Shown piece after piece: positions 1 through 14,882 of a stretch of 64,000 nt of DNA. The stretch is taken from contig CM120646.1 in the NCBI GenBank assembly GCA_051362555.1, positions 12,152,001 through 12,216,000 on the forward strand, written 5' to 3'. The stretch is from Lingula anatina. Taxonomy: Eukaryota; Animalia; Brachiopoda. The position numbers and the translations under genes were made by a program. Below the pieces are notes generated by a model. The model had not been told where the DNA came from and ran no database searches. It worked only from the letters and a program-made list of their open reading frames with translations. Position 1 is the first letter of the stretch; each line of letters opens with the position of its first letter.

Positions 1-2235
1 CTGCTCACAACTGGATGTCTTAAACTAATGTTTTTGATAGACTTATATGATAACAACTCACTCCCATCCTCATGTGGCTTCAGTTTGATACTCCTGTTGT
101 GCTCGAATCTCTTGATAGAACTCTGGGCTCCAATCCCTTTCTTAGGCTTTCTCAGCAATTTCTTACCCTGGGAGGCTCTACGGCCTGAAGATAATAAAAT
201 CATGGTAACTAGCTACTCAAGTTTGCACAAATTTAGAAAAAACAAATTGTGCATGAAACAAGAAATAATTTTAAACAAACAACAATTTGGGGAAAAGTGC
301 CATGAATATAATCACAATACGTGCATTGAAATTCTAACACTTTTTTAAGGCTGAAATTAAGAAAATCTAGTATTTTAATAATTCTTTTGTAAGGTTTAAT
401 TCTCATTTTTGGCTTTGCTTTGCTAAGTATTTTATAGTATTCTTGTTACATAAGTATATGAATTATATTTTCTATTTCACATTGTCAAAATGTACTAATA
501 CCAACATTAAAAATAATGAATAACATGTTTTTACTTAACATTTTTATACTCCTCACTTTTTCTTATATCTAACTAATTTCAAAATTTGTTTCTAAGACAT
601 GCAAAACAATATACTCTCTGACAGGAAGCCAACCAACTTTTCAAAACTTTTGAATCACCATTTTTAAACAATTATTTTATGAGAAAAATAAGAATTCATG
701 TTGTTCAAATTTTTCACCGAGTAATTTTAAATATAAATAAACCTTGATCACTAGGGAAAGGCCTTACCTCTCTTCTCATCATCGGGTCCCATTGATATTG
801 ACAGGTTAGAAGCACTGCTGCGATCTGAGTCAGACTTGTCGTGAGCATAAACTGCAAAACTGATCTTGCGATCAGATGGACTTGTACTGAGGTAGTCACT
901 CCCACCTGGAAGAAATGTTCCCTCACATAATATAATGTTTATAAGATTTATGCTTAAATTTCCAATTATTTTGACAAATACATCTAAATGAATTAAAAAA
1001 TATATATATAACATTTCCCAACAATATCAGCTTGTCGGTGCCATCTAAAAGCCAATATGGTTGGAAAATGTTCAAGTAACCCAAGTGAAAAATATATTTC
1101 TGATACTTCTGCAAAATGTTACGACAGAGTACATTTACCATAGTATAAAATACCAATTAAAGCTCTATATGTAGTCTATATGTTATTTTGTTTCTTGAAG
1201 TTCCTACCATGTGGACTCTCCGCCAGCTGAACAGATGACACGCTCTTCTGGGAGTGGTTTGGGCTCCCCATGTGATGACTGCCACTCCAGCGCCGCCCTA
1301 TGCTTTTGTCCCACTCTGTGTCGCGATGGTGCTGACGCGAGCGTGGCAGGAACTGGTAGGTCTCACGTAAGAAGGTGGTTATTTCAACCAGAACTTGACA
1401 GGCCAGCATCTTGAGTGCGTAGGGGCAGTCCATGCCAGTAGGATTTACAACAGCTGAATTTTATATGATCAAATTTTAAATTTTAATTCAAACCTCAACT
1501 AAATAAAATTAAATAATCCCCTTTTGAAGTTTGCAAAAATCATGCGAAATCCAGTTGTATAACTATAAATTTTTTTTAATTTTATATTCTGGGTTTTACA
1601 AGCTTAGTGAGCCAGACTTGCCAAAGAAATTTCAAAGAACATGTTTATGTACTTTTGATAATGAAAAGTAAAGTAAAGATATAAAATTCAAAAGTAAATC
1701 TTGAAATCATTAAATTGTTATCTGGAATATGAAGTTCACTAAACTTCTGTGTTTTTATTCTGAGATATGAGCATCTCTCTTCCTTACTTTCATCTAGAAA
1801 ATCCTCCTCCTGGTCATTGTTCCTCAGCTCTTGTTTCACTTTTTCATCTTTGATTTCTTTGATCAGGGTGTACACGTCCACATTCTCGGCACTTATCAGC
1901 GCTTCCAGCCGGTTGCCTAATGCCTAAAAACATTGGAAAAGTTGAAAAGTATTTCCTTCAGATGAGGTCTCATTTTAATAGAAATTAGCCCTTTGGGCTT
2001 AACTTGTATGTTGTTTTGATTAAAAATAATGAACTTTGTATTTCTAGTAACTTTCCCTTGATGCTTTTTCAGTGCAAGTCCATCTTTCCATTATTTCATT
2101 TTTATAATGTACGAAAACACACTTTCATCAAAATCAATTTTTAAACCACACTTTTTAATTCTTTGCTATCCAAGTCTGTGACAGAATTTTTTTTCAGTCT
2201 ACTGATCCTTGGAAGGTCCAAGAATCCACTGGCGC

Positions 2236-2301
<66 letters not shown>

Positions 2302-5300
2302 AGATTCACATTTTCTGGCATTTAGCATAGTAGGTTCAGTGTTTGTGCCTTAGAGTGCTATATGAAGACTTCAAAAATCTTACTAAATGCAAACAGAGCT
2401 TGTTTTTTTTCTTTTTTTCTCCCCACTCACCACACCCCAGGCGTGAAACATCCTTCCAGCCCCGCGCTGCATCAGGGTGTTCCGTCTGTGTAAAGATGGC
2501 TGCCCTCGGCCTTGCAGGGGCGCGGGATTTCGAAAGCCCTGGAGATTCAGTTTCATCCAAGTGGGCCAGTCCCCTTTGTTACACCTCTGAACAAAGTAGG
2601 AACATTCTAACAGTAGACAGGCCCTGGCTACCACTGGGGCTTCCTGGGAATTGTGAACATAATATGTCAAATGCAGTTCTTGATAATACTATGTAGGTTG
2701 GTTATCCAGTTGCATTCTATATAAGCAAACCAAGTTTTTCAATCTACTACTATACCTTTATTCTCAGCAGACAGGCTGTAGTTGCCAAGAGGAAAACACA
2801 ATGTTGTAAATCACACTAAACTGTAAGTCACAGTCACAGTTGAAAAAAGTCTGAAAACATGGCATGGGGTCCAGGGGATCACTTGCATCGATCTCAAAAA
2901 ATAATATTTTTGGCTCCCAAAAAATAGAATTTCGATAAAGTCTCATTTCATTTTCTATATATATCATATAGCTGCATATTAAATAATTACACTTATTTAT
3001 TAATAATAATTCTCACCAAATCCAGGACTGCAGCTATCAACTGTGGGTCTGGAATGGACCCTGGCTGGCAACAATCCAGCAAGAATGAAAATCGCAGCAT
3101 TCCCGATTTCACGATGTACGTGTTGACTAGTTTCTTCTCCCGCACTAAGTGTGACTCGCCCTTGCTCGCAGAGGGTACTTGGGTCACGTCCATGGCTGAG
3201 GTGCGCCGGAAGTTTAGTCTGGACAAATCTTAATTTAAGAAAATTTAATAAGAATATAACACTAATTTCATATGAACTTGAAAATCAAGGCTAAAAAGGG
3301 AACTACTTTTATAAGTTGCTTGAAATTGACAGCTTAGCTGAAAAGTGAAATACATGAAGCAAGCACTACAGTTCTGGTCCAGGAAAAAAATTAAACTGCA
3401 TATGCTGTGGTATTTACTGAAATATTTGTATAAAAAGAAACTAGATAGATAAAAATGCTTATGTATTAAGTAGTATATGGCACAATAATGCAAGTTTGTG
3501 TACATACAGGTTTTCTTAGCTCCATGTTTAAATATAGCCAACACCCATCATTAATTTTGGTATACACTGTAAAAATTATCAGCTGATCTAGTAAACTAAA
3601 TTCTTCTTAACCAAAATCAAACTTATAATTTACAGGTGTTCTCCAAATACTGCAATTTACCAAATCATGATTAAATGATGCAAGTCATGCACAAAGGTTG
3701 ATGACAGTGACTCATAAAATTAATATCTTATAATCTTATCAGGCTTCTTCACTGTGTTAAAAATGGGCATGGGTTATGCTTGCATGGGTAACCTTTTCCT
3801 TTGCTATTATCCCTAGGCAAGCTTCAGTATTCTGCCTTTTGATGGCCATAAGAAAACAGCTATGGGTACTACTCTAGATGCTACAGGTTTAAGCAGAGAT
3901 ACCAGGGGCGAAGTGAGGTCGCCTTCTGGAAGACGGTCAGATTTTCAAGTTTACATGATGGGTATCTATTTTTTTCTGTCCGAACATGGTCAAAAAATGG
4001 AGGATGGATCAACAAAGATAACTTGGAAGACTGTCAGAAAATATCTCTGGATCTGCCCCTGGATACTGTAATATTCATGAATTATAAAGATAAGTTCTGT
4101 ATCCAACTAGGTACTCTACCACCAAGCAATCACAGCCTGGCACCACAGACTACTATTAGCAATGCTTTACAACCATAAGCCCCTAGGCAATGTGGATTAT
4201 TCTTTACAGCACATGATTTTGGAGACTCAGACTAACAAGTTTCATGATCATTCATGAAGGGTTAGTACTGTTTTTAAAATAATTATAGTCATCTCTTGCT
4301 AATAATATAAAATTTGCAGTTTTATGACCACTTCCTGTGGACTAAAAGTTCAACAATAATTTTTCTGCTAATTTCAATTTCATCTCTGTCAAATTTCTCA
4401 AATTATCAGAATGGTTGTGAATGAGTACCTGCTAAAATAAAGCAATATTTCTTTTCTGATGAATGCTGATAAAACATCAACAAAATATTTAATGTTGAAT
4501 TTTCTACGCATTACACCCAAACCCAATATAGAGGTGCATTTCATGAGTTCAAGTCTCAAAAAATGAAATTGAATGAATTCGATGTAGTATCCAATTTTTT
4601 TAAACTTACATGTGTATAGAACAAAAATCCACAAATGTCCCAATTTTACGCCCACGCGTTTCTGTTTTGTAAGCAAATAAATTGATAACCGTTTGAAGTA
4701 AAAAAAAGCGTAAGAAAGAACATACGTTACCACTGAATCGCCTGATACAAACACGATTATTAGTTGAGCGCTGTGGAAATTTGTGCAAGCTAAACACTAT
4801 CATAACCCTACGAATCATTAATAATGGAAAACTGACAGGAAAATACATTTAAATTGACCAGTTCTAGGAAAATTACTTTCAAACTAAAGATCATTTTTCT
4901 TTACAATGTCCACGTTGATGACTCTTTCAATAGCAGTAATTGTCAATTGTATAGAGAATTGAAAACTTTGTTACCTAAAAGTTATCTACCACTGGTCATA
5001 TTCGTCGTGAATTTAAAACTCATTGACAGTTTCAAATTTTGGGTGTATTAGTTACAATGCCAACTACGCCTCGCATCCTTCGTATACCGTAAGGTAACGT
5101 ATGTTCCACAGCAATAGAAAAGATACGGGACACGAGTTTAATAAATATTGATAAGATATTTTTTCGGGGGTTTTTTTTGTAGAATTTATTGAGGTGTTTA
5201 AAAGTAACTCAGATATCAAAAGTGATAACCTATTACACAAACACGATCCACGTATCAAACGTCTTAATCATTTGCATGTAAAGAAATACAGATCCCAGAA

Positions 5301-8300
5301 ACATCTAATCTACCACCTCTTTAAACAAAGCCTTTTTCAACACACCTATAGGTTTTCCAATACAGCAGAGAATTCTTTCAAAATGAGCTTTACTATCCTC
5401 TCTGAAAGGTCTAAATTGTCTTGCAGATTTCGGCACTTTTGGGAATTAAAAAATATGTATATATATAATGTTTATTCCATCTATAAAAAGTAAGTGGTTC
5501 ACAAAATTATGTTTTTAAGTCTTTCCATTGAGTGAGTATAAGCCACATATATCACTTTAGAGTTCAAGGGTCTCTACGGTCCTTATCAGTCGGTATTTAA
5601 GACAAAGTACAGGCTGCATGATTTCTTGTAAAAGTTTCCTTGAGATTCTTAGATGCTCATAACGTGTTTTTACTCTGCCAACGTGGTCGATGAATTTTAT
5701 TTTGGTTACTGGCGCTCTTGGGCTCTACTATAGTCGTCTCGTTCAAAAAATCGTATACAGCTTGCCTTTTTTTCCTGCTACTCCCATCCGTCGACCTTTC
5801 GACCAGTTCATCCCCTGGTTCTCGACCAACGATTCCGGCAAATGCCAGTAGCAGCTGAAAGAAATCTGAGACAACGGTACGTCTTCGCAATCTTCCCAGC
5901 CACCATAACATGCAAAATTTTCATCTTACTTCTTGGTGTAACTCGTTAAGCTTGACCCACTGTAGCTAAAAAAACATTTTCTACAAGTCATCATATTTTT
6001 AGGATGATGAGTCTTATTGAATATTATATGTATATATAATATTATGTTTATCCCTAAGGCCATAACATTTAATACAGGCAACAATTTGCTACATTGTTAT
6101 TTTTGCTAAAAATGATTAGGGTAGTGGGGTTAAAAAATAAAATCGGCCTTGTTTGACCAAATCTTGACCAATCGATATTCTTTGTTGCCTTCTTTTTGTT
6201 CTAAATAAAACTATGAAAGTTTGTGGTACACTGGGATGGAGGAGACATAAAAGTAATTGCTTCTGCACAGTGTTAGCTTCGGTCCATAGCCTGCTGTATG
6301 ATGCGTTCTGTCTTAATCTTGGGGCATGTGGGAAATTCAGGTGGTTCCATATTTCGTCTTCTACAATGGCTAAATCGTTGCCGGATCGTTCTCCCTCTTT
6401 CTTATGGCATTAATCTATGACTGTAGTTCTTTAATCGTTCATTGTGACTGCCTTCAGTTTCTTCTCAATCGTTTCCACGTTGTGGCCACCTCACACACAC
6501 AACAAGTCTCTCAGGTGGTGATTGCTGTGGACATGCCTCGACAACTTCTATAGCAGCTAGGAGTTCTTTCCTTTGGTGAAGTCAACGTTTTCGCGATTTA
6601 GTCTTAGCATGCCTCTTTTGTCTTTCACGACATTTAAGGAGGCGGAAAGTAGGCCTACATAGTATTTTGAACCCGTTTTCTTTCGCTTCCAATTAAGAGT
6701 CACCCTCATTTTTTTACGAGATCGATATATATATTTTTTTAATCTCAGCTCTTGTTTTCGCATTTTTCTGAAATAATGATGTTCCGTTCGGTATCAATGT
6801 ATTTGGCACTGCGCTCACTGCGCTCGTTGGCGATTATTTTTTCCTTCCATAGTCTTGTTTGACATTTATGTCCATCTTTGACATTCATTTCTGTATTTGA
6901 ATTAAATTTTTTATTACGACAAAATCATTCACTTCGCTTACATCGTTACTGAGGATTTTATGGATTTATTTACACTTGTAACTAACCTCATCTAATCTTT
7001 AATCTTTTTAGCTCGAGCAGACGTCAGAAAGAACCACCTGACATCTCAAACAGAAGCTTATAATTCTTTCGGAGCCAGTTTCGGGCACAAGTAGATTTTC
7101 ACTGGTAACGTATGTTCCGGTAACTTATGTTCCAGGCCACCTAATTTTTATTTTAATAAGGTGTTCTTATATATTTTAAAGTGATTCGATCATGTTAAAT
7201 TAAATATGACGTAAGGACGTTTTTTATAAACATTTAAACCGTAACTAATGGGGCCTGCGTCATAGCTAATACTAGGTAACGTATGTTCCCTAGGAAAATT
7301 GACAAAATGTTTCATTTTGTACAAGTGCTTGGTGCAAGAGAAAACAATGTTTTCTTTTGCTGACAGAAAAATATATAGTGATTCCATGATAGTTTGACAT
7401 TTCAGGTATGATATTTTTGAGCGCGAGGGGAAAAATAATTTATTAAATGCTTATTTTACTGTCGGGAGGGTGTATTTTCCCCGTTTTTTTAATATTCAGT
7501 GACAGGCAAACTTAAGTCGCTAAAAAACAATTAACTGCTCTATACAGAAGCTTTTCATAATTTTTTACAACGTTATACTTGTAGGAGATAGATTAAAGAA
7601 CAAACCCCGTGATGATTGAATTTTCAAAGTGATTAAAACGTTTCCACAGCTAGACGTTATGCATTTGTGACAGTAACATATGTTCCTTTTTGGGGTTAGA
7701 TGATGAATTATTTTTTATTATTCGTGGTTCCAGGAAAGTGAAACTTTAATACAAACTTCTTTATGTGGGACCCTAAAATAATCAAACATAGTTTGTAATC
7801 TGTGCACTACAGATTTTTAGGAACATGTCTGTGACATCGTTTGCACCTCTATATTGGGTTTGGGTGTTTAGTGCAGTACAAGGCAATACATAAAAAAATG
7901 TTGATCTTTTAAAAGTCTTCAAGTCAAGCATTTACGCACGCTGCCCTTACCATCACTAAGACTGATCTTTTTGTTGGTCCTTTTCCTGCCGAAAAGACCA
8001 CCCTCCACCTTACGTTTTGCTCCCAGAAGCATAAGCGTAGCCTGACCAGTAGTTTTAAAGGACATACGCGGTTTAGGGCTGACATCCCCTTTGCTATCTG
8101 ATGTCTCATTGGCTGAATCCTCATCACCTTCTGACTTGGGAGATTTCTTGAAAGCTGAATGATTATTCAGAGATAAAGGCTTTAATTAAAATCAATTTGG
8201 TCATGTACGGGTTACTGCTTCACTAGTCATTGCTACATCTTGCAATTTAAAATCATTAAAATATTTATATGGTAATTTCCAATTAATTTGATCAAAGAGA

Positions 8301-9787
8301 TAACTTTTACCATAATAAGGATCTGCTTATTTTGATCAATATAAATTCTGCAAAGTCAGTGAGTTTATTCAGGTATGGAAACTTTTTGTGTGAATAAAAT
8401 TTCTAAAGTCATCAAAGTTTAAAGTACATGGTACTGCTGACTGTTTAATGAATGCATGCTAAATAGAATAATAAAGACATAAGTGATAAGTGATATTATC
8501 ATGGATTGACCTCGTAAAGGAAGACCTGATAACAGATGACTTGATAACTAAGAACAAAAATATGAACACAAATCAACAAAATTCATAACAATTTTGACAT
8601 CTAATCACTCACTCAGCTGAAACTTGCTGAATTTTCTCTTAGGAGTACTGGAGGAGGAGACGGCAGGTGAATCTTCCTCTGTTCCGGAGAGGCTAAGACG
8701 TGGGCTCAGGCGTCCAAGACGTTCATCAACTGCTTCAGAGTCACTGGCAGTGGCGGTAGCAAGGGCAGCAATCTAGAAATAATTGTAAATAATGAAAGTC
8801 TGTTTCAAGGCAATGTATAGATATAAGTGTTGGTGATATCTGTCTTTATTAGAAAATTAATATTTAATATTAAAACAAGATACAATCAAACATTAAATGG
8901 TTTTGAGTCAGTGGTTTTCTTTAAAAATGACTAAAAAAGGTTAGCATAAACAAGTTGTCTGATTATATATAGTGTAAATATAGCAACATGATCTACATAA
9001 GAAAACAGTAGACAATGCTTGTGACGTGAATTTTTTTATTTTGTAGTCTAACCCTTTGCTATAATAAAGGCCTACCACACATTACACATTGAATACAGTT
9101 TACCTTGGTGATTTTCTTCTTGAACAGAGACCTCCTCCTCCTTGCACTGGGGGGCTCTGTCCCGGTCAGTCCCGTCCCAACTTTGCCCGTCTCCTCACCA
9201 CTGTCTGACGCATTGGAAGATGTGTGTCTGCAACAAAATCACACAAAGTGTATAGGACGATTCATGGAATCCAGAAGTCAGCTCAGCTCCACTAAGCAAA
9301 ATATCCCACCATCAGCTCTTTGATGTAGTGCATTAGCTGGCAAACCCCTCACCCCCCACCCCCCTCAACTCTATCTCTGCCCCAACTCAGGCCAGCTCTC
9401 AGAAATTTTTAACATAAGCTTTAAATACACAGTAAAAAAAGCACTTTCATATGAAATATGTTGTTCTATACAAGACAGCTGTGTAAGGACTATGTATATG
9501 TGACCCCCTACCCACCTCCCTTCATACTTACCTCAAAACCTGCTTCTTGGGTTCCTTCGCTTTCTGTCTCTTCTTCCCCTTTCTATCCATGGAATCCAGC
9601 AGACCACTCAACGCCACTCGGCGAAATGTCCCACCATGCACCTCTTTGATATAGTGCATCAGCTGGCGAACATCGCAGTACAAACCCTGAAGTAAGTTAA
9701 AAATAAGGGATATTTTATTACCATGTGTGGTCAAATAAAAGTACAAAAATAAACAAAATAATTTTTTATAAGTTTACATACAAATAA

Positions 9788-9826
<39 letters not shown>

Positions 9827-12800
9827 TGTGTGTGTGGATGGGTGCATGTGTGCATGAATAAATGTGAATAAATTAATAAATAACTGAAAATCATTAAACA
9901 GATAGACAAACAGGCTGCTCTATAAATGAAAAAAAAATAATGACAAAGTCTTTTCACAAACAAACAAACATGCCCCTATGACTTACAATGTTCTCATGGC
10001 TATGCAGTTCAGTAGAAGACTCCACCAGCCGTGTCACCAGGGGTTTGAAGATCAGATTGATGAGCAGACCCTCCGTCCCCTTGGCCCCCGACCCCGGGAC
10101 ATTCTGGCCAAAGTTGGTGGCAAACCCACTCTTGGGTGGTGAGTCATGGGTGCTGGTGCTGGTCTTTTTGTATGCTGAAATATGGAGAACGAAAAAGTAA
10201 AAGATTATGGCCCCATTCAGAACTAACTAGTCTGAGGGTCAAATATGGCCAACACACTTGAATACTTCTCCACGGGGAATCTATTATAGTCCACTAGCAG
10301 ATTAGACGACAAGCTCTTTAGTGGGTCGCCATATTTGATCCACGTACAAGTTAGTTCACTGTTCTGAATGATGGCTGTGGCCTTAGTTATGTCAGCTGTG
10401 AATTATGATGAATTTGACACCAGTATTATGTCTGTGATAGCAATGGGTCCTGCCAAAATAAGTATATTGCTTAGATAGGTGCCTTTCAGATGTGAAATCT
10501 ACTATAACTGCTAAATAAAATAAAACTTTTTTGTATACTGGTATATAGATAGAGAAAAGCAAAGAAAACAACAATTATGGTAAATTGTGTATATAGAGGA
10601 AATAGCAGGGTTATATACTAGTATTTAGACAGAGAAAAGCAAAGAAATAATAGCATGCCAGTCATGACTGGTGTTCCATTTGCTAAATTATAATAGTCAT
10701 GCACAAGTGTGGTGAGTAACATATGCCATTTGGTGACCATTACTGTATGATCTCTCAAGCATTTTTAAATTTTCTAAAAGGGAATTTTTTTCTGGTAAAA
10801 TCACTAAAATTAATTGGCAATTAAGTCCATAAGCAAGGAATTCCACATGCCAACATAAAATGTGCAGCCTTACATAATTATCATATGTAAAAAAATATAC
10901 ATAAACTGATTTCCTCCGTGCTTTCCAACAAGTCTACAAATTATTTAATGCTGCGATTTTCCCAAAAATGCAAAATCACTGTTTAACAAGCAACATCAAC
11001 ATTTTTCCTCATTGTCAAGGAGCTATAGAAAATGTAATTAGTACCTGAAATGGTTCTTGACATAACAATAATACTATTCCAAATAATAAATGAATGAAAA
11101 ATAAAATAATAATAAAAAGAAGAAAATAAAAAAGGTAAAATGAATCATTCTGCAACACTGACTCAATGCTCAATTTTATGAAGTTTGAAAAATCTGCCAT
11201 TATATGTGTTTCAAGAGAGGCCCAAGCAAGAAAACCTCTTCTTATTATTTTCAACATGCATGCATGCTATCTGCAAGCCTCACAAGTTATTACTATATTC
11301 TCCAAGGTTATTCTCTAGCAGAAAGTGGATTTCCATTCTTTCCATCCAAAAACTCTTACTGACAGCTGACTTTTGACCAATGACAAAAAAAAAATGTTGA
11401 AGAAAAAATTAAAAATATTTTGAGAAAATTGTTGTCTGTGAGGCTTACATTGACCTAAATTGATAGGCTGAGTCTGTATGAATTTATAAAGGCTCACTCT
11501 GTCTAATGAGCTAACATTGACATAATTTAGCAGTCTGTAATAGGTGTGAAGACACATGCTGTCATGCTGTCTGCCAGCTGACTAACATTGACCTACTTTT
11601 AGGAGTGCCATCTTGTGAAACTGTGCTGATTTTCTTGTTGCCTGTAAAGTAGGCCACAGTCTATACATAACATCCAAATTCCACTATTATACTAGTACAC
11701 CCTACACAACCCTGTCCACACTAACAAAGTCATTCCATCCACAATTTCATATCTGACACTACTATACATCTCACTGAGCATGCTATCACACCTAAAACAA
11801 TGTCACAATCAACAGATATGCTTTCACATATAATCTTGTCACACCCAACAGATGTGCTGTCACATCTAACACAATGTCCCATATAATATGCTGCTACACC
11901 TAACACAATGTCACACCCAGCAGATGTTCTGTCACATCTAACACAATGTCCCATATAATATGCTGCCACAACTAACATAAATGTCACACCCAGCAGATGT
12001 GCTGTCGCATCTAACACAATGTCCCATATAATATGCTGCCACAACTAACATAAATGTCACACCCAGCAGATGTGCTGTCACATCTAACACAATGTCCCAT
12101 AAAATAAGCTGCCACACCTAACACAATGTCACACCCAGCAGATGTGCTGTCACACCAAACACAATGTCACTCCCAGCAGATGTGCTGTCACATCTAACAC
12201 AATGTCACTCCCAGCAGATGTGCTGTCACATCTAACACAATGTCCCATATAATATGCTGCCACACCTAACATAAATGTCACACCCAGCAGATCATCATAC
12301 CTGACACCACTGTCACTCAATGAACATCACACCTGTCAAACAACTAAAATACACAGTAACATCTATACACCAAACTATCACACCTAACAGACTGTCACAT
12401 AAACCATACATGAACCAGCCATACAAACCATGTGAAATACATATATAAATATTTTGGTGCCTTTAACATCAACACAGATGCACTGAAACATTATACTTAT
12501 GATGAGAAAGATTTTTACAAGAGTTGTGCAGTGCAGAGTCCAGAAATCAGGTGCATAACAAATATACATGTATATCTAATTCAATATAGTACAGTGTCAT
12601 GTAATAGCATACATACTCATCTTGTATTGAATTCAAATTATTATGAATAAGGCCATGAGGACAACTTTAAAAGACCATAAATAGGATAACTTGCACGAGC
12701 AGATACCGATGTTAAAAAATGCCCTGCAAATCGCTCATTATTACTCCAATGTTTAAAGTAAATCAAGTTTCAAGCCTTAAGAAGTCTTCATCTGAAACTA

Positions 12801-14837
12801 AGTCTGGGAAACCAAAGAAATAATTCCAGACAAAATTTGTGCACCAAAATCTGGAAAAAAAAACAAAAGACAATTTTACCTTTTGGTGAATATAAATGTG
12901 CAGAGGGATCCACACAAAATCCTAGAAATGCATGTAAAAAGTCCAGATTTTCCTGGAGAGGATGTTTGCTGATTGATTCTCGGAGATAGAGTCTAAATGC
13001 TGTGCTGTTGACATGGTGGAGTTGACGCAGGATGGACTGTCCCTTGTATCGAAGACGTTCCGTTGGTACGCCGCGATAGGAGTCCATGCAGCCATTGGGG
13101 CATCCTAGAGACTTGTATACCCTGAAATTAGACACAAGTACAGTAGGACATTGAAAAAATGTACATATGAATTTTCTGATTTATATACAATTAAATAAGA
13201 CATTTGTACCATCATGAAATCAGGAGTATACACATTATGATATTACAGACACATACTCAGTGAAATTAGAGGTTTAGTACATCAAGAATAAAGACAATTA
13301 TATAACAACATAATGAAAACAGAGATTTGTATTAGTGTACATGCTGAAATCAAAGATATGAACATGATGAAATCAGAGATGTCTTCATCCTGTTAACAGC
13401 TATATGTGCATGTTGAAATAACAGGCAGAAACGAAGCTTATTTAAAGAATCATAAACTTTACAAATCTTGAGATTCCAATGATAATTTCCAATGTTAACA
13501 CTTGCAAATATGAAATGTTCAACATGACAATTATTTTGCCTACTTGAACAAAGTATCCAACATCAAATTATGCACAGTCATTACAGCATCCTTTTTAGGG
13601 TCATCATTTGTTCCTTCAGATCCCGATTTCTTCCGTCCATCTTTTTCTTTGTTCTCATCGCTCTTTTTCTCTTTCTTTTCCACAATGTCCAAATCTAGCA
13701 GACAATCTAAAAAAATAAATAAGTGTAAATATCTGAAAGTATATTTCTGTGAAATGATTATTCCAAAAGAGTCACCTAAAAGAACTCTGCTTTATTTAGT
13801 TCTTGACTTTTGCTGGGGTCACTCACCTCTTGGCAAAAAGGATGATTGCTGGGTGCTGATGTTCTATAAAACATATTTAAAAACCTTATATTCCGTACCT
13901 AGAACACTCAAAATCCTCTCACATATTCCAGCACCAGAACTTGTGGAAGCCACTGAGTGAACTGCCTTCAGAACAACCACGTAATTCAGACACCCATCCT
14001 CAGTGATGTAATGCATTGAGCCCGTCACCTCCTGGATCTGAATGAGAAATTGAAAAATTTGAAAAATTTCTTAAATCTTTCATAGAAAAATAAAATCAAT
14101 CCAGTAAAACAAATAATTATCAAAAACTTTTAAAGATATGCTTTACTGATATAATCAAAAACAAGATATTTGGCTTTAAAAATATGCAAGAGAGTGCTCA
14201 GTAAAAAAGGCAGCAAAGCTGTCAAATGTACAGACAAAAAGCTGAAAATAATAAGGCACAAAAAAAAGGCTACTGTCGATTCTGATGCAATAATACATTT
14301 TAATCCGGTATTACCCCCTACCTGTTCCTCTAGGTTATACGAAATTTTAGAATCAGTGTGACTACGAGTGATGGGTATAGGTGGCAGCACAAGTCCATTC
14401 TTCCCATCATCTCCTTCACTTGTTCCATCCTCGGGACTTTCATTGACCTCAGAACAAGTCTCTGAGACAGGGTCAGTAATGATGATCATAGGGCGAAGAA
14501 GCAGATCCGGTTTTAGGACGGAGTCCAATTTTCCCTCTTTCTTAGAGGATGTGGCAGTTTTGTTCTTCGCATTACTGTCATCAACCTTCAATCACATAAA
14601 GTTCAGATGCCAATTTGTGGATGTACATCGATAGTATCGCTGTTTGGTAATGTTAAACTTTATGCAACAGGGTGTGTCTCCAAGGAAAATGTTATTCCAG
14701 AGTGTCAGTAATTTTACACAGTAGTATGTATTTATATTTCAGTCAGAGGTGCCTAGCATGTACTGTCACAGCAATACTGGGCTCAAAACTGCAAACATGA
14801 AGCCAAACACTCACACTGCATAACATATTGGTACACT

Positions 14838-14882
<45 letters not shown>

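Noticed and set aside
11730-12044. 104-aa ORF with repeated YYMGHCVRCD
   Set aside because: Translation of an intronic minisatellite.
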